Origin: a virus
Lineage: Duplodnaviria > Caudoviricetes
Virus record (IMG/VR): IMGVR_UViG_3300031954_001062
Span: 1-25,182 of that record
Strand: one strand, 5' to 3'
DNA length: 25,182 bases
Part shown: positions 23,436 to 25,182 of the stretch, one piece after another
Position numbering within the stretch: the stretch's first letter is position 1
How the letters are laid out: each line of letters starts with the position of its first letter
Translations under genes and position numbers: made by a program
Notes under the pieces: generated by a model
Seen by the model: only the letters and a program-made list of their open reading frames with translations
Told to the model about the DNA's origin: nothing
The model's database searches: none

Positions 23436-23710
23436 ACACCGGCCCACGCAAATTCCGTCTGGTGCTCGAGCGCGAGGATGGCAGCTGGATCGACAAGATC
23501 GAATTCAGCTGGTCATCCGGCGGTCTCGGCCAACGCATGTTCGAAGCCGCGCTCCAGATTCTGGAGACCGACCGCATCTGCGAGGACCATGATTGGCACA
23601 CCCACCGCTGCATCCAATGCGACCGCGTGACCGACACCAAGTGCTGGTGCGATCACCCCAATCGCAATGGGACTTGCTCGAGCCGCTGCCAGGCCGCGGC
23701 CGATCTCTGA
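23432..23710 (+). CDS. Cys/His-rich protein (92 aa)
   Basis: SD GAGGTG; C-terminal CxxHxW...CxxC...CxC.H...CxxxC. Confidence 0.7.
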   Translation: MNTGPRKFRLVLEREDGSWIDKIEFSWSSGGLGQRMFEAALQILETDRICEDHDWHTHRCIQCDRVTDTKCWCDHPNRNGTCSSRCQAAADL

Positions 23711-23721
23711 AAGGAGGAACG

Positions 23722-23902
23722 ATGACTACGCAAAACGACCAAGGTCCACGTGTTCATCCTCGATCCACGCGCGATCGTCGGCGTGGCGCTGATGGTGAAA
23801 GACGCGGAGGGAAAGGAAGTGGTCGCGATGGCTTCGCCGATTCAACCGCTTCGTCCGATGCCGGGCGATCGGCTGACCATCGTGTTCCAGGCACCGAAGT
23901 AG
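23722..23902 (+). pseudogene. Frameshifted small gene (~59 aa if corrected)
   Basis: Strong SD AAGGAGG and ATG at 23722, but the protein-like frame (TTKVHVFILDPRAIVGV...QAPK*) is +1 after the CAAAA run. Confidence 0.5.
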
Positions 23903-23916
23903 AAGTCTACTTAAAT

Positions 23917-23963
23917 AGAAAAAGCCGCGGATACCTCGAGCGAGGTCCGCGGCTTTTCTTTTT
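23917..23963. terminator. Intrinsic terminator, probably bidirectional
   Basis: AAAAAGCCGCGGA...TCCGCGGCTTTTCTTTTT between convergent genes. Confidence 0.85.
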
Positions 23964-23984
23964 GGCGCGTGCGGAGCGAGAAAC

Positions 23985-24275
23985 TTATTTGTGCTTGGTC
24001 GGCGACGGCGCTGGCGTGGTCGGCTCTAGCGTCGTCGGCTCGTGTGCCGCGGCAGCGGCGGCGGCCGCCGGCGGCGGTGGCGCTGCGGCGCTGAGCGTGC
24101 CCGGCGTCGCGCCGGCTACGATCGTGGAATCCGTTTGCACGTAATCCTCGCTAGCCCAGTATTCCTTGGGCACCGGCTGCGGCGAATCCGGCACCGCGAG
24201 CTCTAGCAGCACGCTGCCCTTCACGATGTCTTTCACCGTGCCGGTCAGCTTCACCACATCTCCGATTGCGAACAT
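23985..24275 (-). CDS. Small SH3/KOW-like domain with a Pro/Ala/Thr tail (96 aa)
   Basis: SD GAGGAGG then ATG at 24275; FAIGDVVKLTGTV. Confidence 0.7.
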   Translation of the reverse strand: MFAIGDVVKLTGTVKDIVKGSVLLELAVPDSPQPVPKEYWASEDYVQTDSTIVAGATPGTLSAAAPPPPAAAAAAAAHEPTTLEPTTPAPSPTKHK

Positions 24276-24288
24276 AGGTTCCTCCTCG

Positions 24289-24327
24289 AAAAAAATCGGG
24301 AGCAGAAGGTCCGACACCCCTGCTCCC
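24289..24327 (-). terminator. Intrinsic terminator
   Basis: GGGAGCAGGGGT-loop-ACCTTCTGCTCCC followed by GATTTTTTT on the minus strand. Confidence 0.7.
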
Positions 24328-24365
24328 TGTCAGCTCACGCCATGTGTCTGAAAGGAGAAAGACAC
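24289..24365 (-). ncRNA. Candidate ~77-nt sRNA with an anti-SD loop
   Basis: Extended -10 TGGTACGCT (24372-24380), then hairpin GTGTCT-[TTCTCCTTTC]-AGACAC, then the terminator. Confidence 0.45.
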
Positions 24366-24439
24366 GACGAAAGCGTACCACGAAACCCTGGCGGCTCCGA
24401 TCGCGCGGTATGATAGAATCTAAGACGAAAGGAGCAGCC

Positions 24440-24592
24440 ATGACCAAGGTCAACATCAAGGGACTGGCGCCGCCGGATCACCCGATCTACAAGGAAGGGT
24501 GGTCCATCTCGGTCGGCCCTGGCGCGGTGACGGTGAAGCCGCCGAAGGCGCCGAAGCCAGCTCCTCCGAAGAAGAACTCTGGACGGCGCTAA
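24440..24592 (+). CDS. Small Pro/Lys-rich protein (50 aa)
   Basis: Own -10 (TATGAT or TGATAGAAT, 24409-24419), SD GAAAGGAG then ATG; APPDHPIYKEG motif. Confidence 0.7.
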   Translation: MTKVNIKGLAPPDHPIYKEGWSISVGPGAVTVKPPKAPKPAPPKKNSGRR

Positions 24593-25182
24593 GGCGCCGT
24601 TCGGAGTCTCCCGCGAATCCTCCCGAAGTACTTCTCCATGATCTCGGCGATCGCCGGCCGGTACACGTCGCGCACGCGATGCAACGTGCCCGGCGCGCCC
24701 GACTGTTGCAGCCGCGCCAGGTATTCCTGGCCGCGCGGATTTTTCGCCCAGTCGTTGCCGAGGAAGTGCACCTCTGCGCCGCCGTGCCATAAGTCCACTT
24801 CCGGAATGCCCACCGCTTCGCCGGCGAGCTTCGCGGCGTTCGCCGCGCGCGTGAGCTGTGCCGGATCCGCGAGCCCCAGGTGCCCGCCGACCTTCAGAAC
24901 GCGAATGCCTACGCCGCCGTTTGGATAACGCACCGGCTGGAAGCCTTCGGCCTCCGGAAAGGCAGTACGGAACGTGTTCCAAAATTTTTCGATTACCCCG
25001 CGATCGAGCATGCGATTCGAACCGACTTCGTTGATCTGCAGCCAATGATCTGGTCCCGAATACAACGGCCTCGAGAGCACCACCGCGTCTTGCTGCAGCA
25101 GATAGCCGATGGCGTTCGCAGCACGCGCCGCGGCCGCCGGCGAGCCGAGCACGTCGACCACCCCGGCCGGCGTCACGTTGCC
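24589..25182 (-). CDS. C-terminal part of a larger protein (partial), possibly an internal virion/ejection protein
   Basis: Frame is open to the window edge with protein-like composition; position at the end of a leftward unit. Confidence 0.6.
   Translation of the reverse strand, partial: GNVTPAGVVDVLGSPAAAARAANAIGYLLQQDAVVLSRPLYSGPDHWLQINEVGSNRMLDRGVIEKFWNTFRTAFPEAEGFQPVRYPNGGVGIRVLKVGGHLGLADPAQLTRAANAAKLAGEAVGIPEVDLWHGGAEVHFLGNDWAKNPRGQEYLARLQQSGAPGTLHRVRDVYRPAIAEIMEKYFGRIRGRLRTAP

Noticed and set aside
23593-24144. 183-aa plus-strand ORF
   Set aside because: Low-complexity product that crosses a strong terminator and overlaps an opposite-strand gene.
1-25182. Integrase/att site, lysis cassette, major capsid gene, host genes, stop-codon recoding
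   Set aside because: No supporting motifs seen; genes tile well under the standard code. Prophage versus free phage, and the host, cannot be determined from this window.

Overview
This GC-rich window is part of a tailed dsDNA phage or prophage genome. From left to right it holds: (1) a leftward late/packaging operon with a scaffold-like protein, a probable portal, a block of small translationally coupled genes, TerL, TerS, and a block of probable virion proteins including a collagen-repeat protein; (2) a leftward middle operon with many Cys/His metal-binding miniproteins, a Zn-finger/TOPRIM/RecA-like primase-helicase followed by an iteron-like origin, a PD-(D/E)XK nuclease, a probable ssDNA-annealing protein and a ribbon-helix-helix regulator; (3) an AT-richer divergent switch region at about 21.05-21.18 kb; (4) a rightward operon of small early genes ending in a terminator; (5) the 3' end of a large leftward gene. 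I saw no integrase, lysis genes, tRNA or CRISPR array. The most notable signals are a tandem HiPIP-like [4Fe-4S] protein without an export signal, placed near an 18-His protein between TerL and portal; a structured leader in front of the primase-helicase whose hairpin loop is complementary to that gene's Shine-Dalgarno (SD) region; a predicted ~77-nt sRNA exposing an anti-SD loop that matches several phage RBSs; an antisense HNH endonuclease inside the late operon; and further structured intergenic elements. All family assignments come from recognising motifs by eye, not from database searches. Several start codons were reassigned relative to the ORF track using SD sequences and stop/start overlaps.
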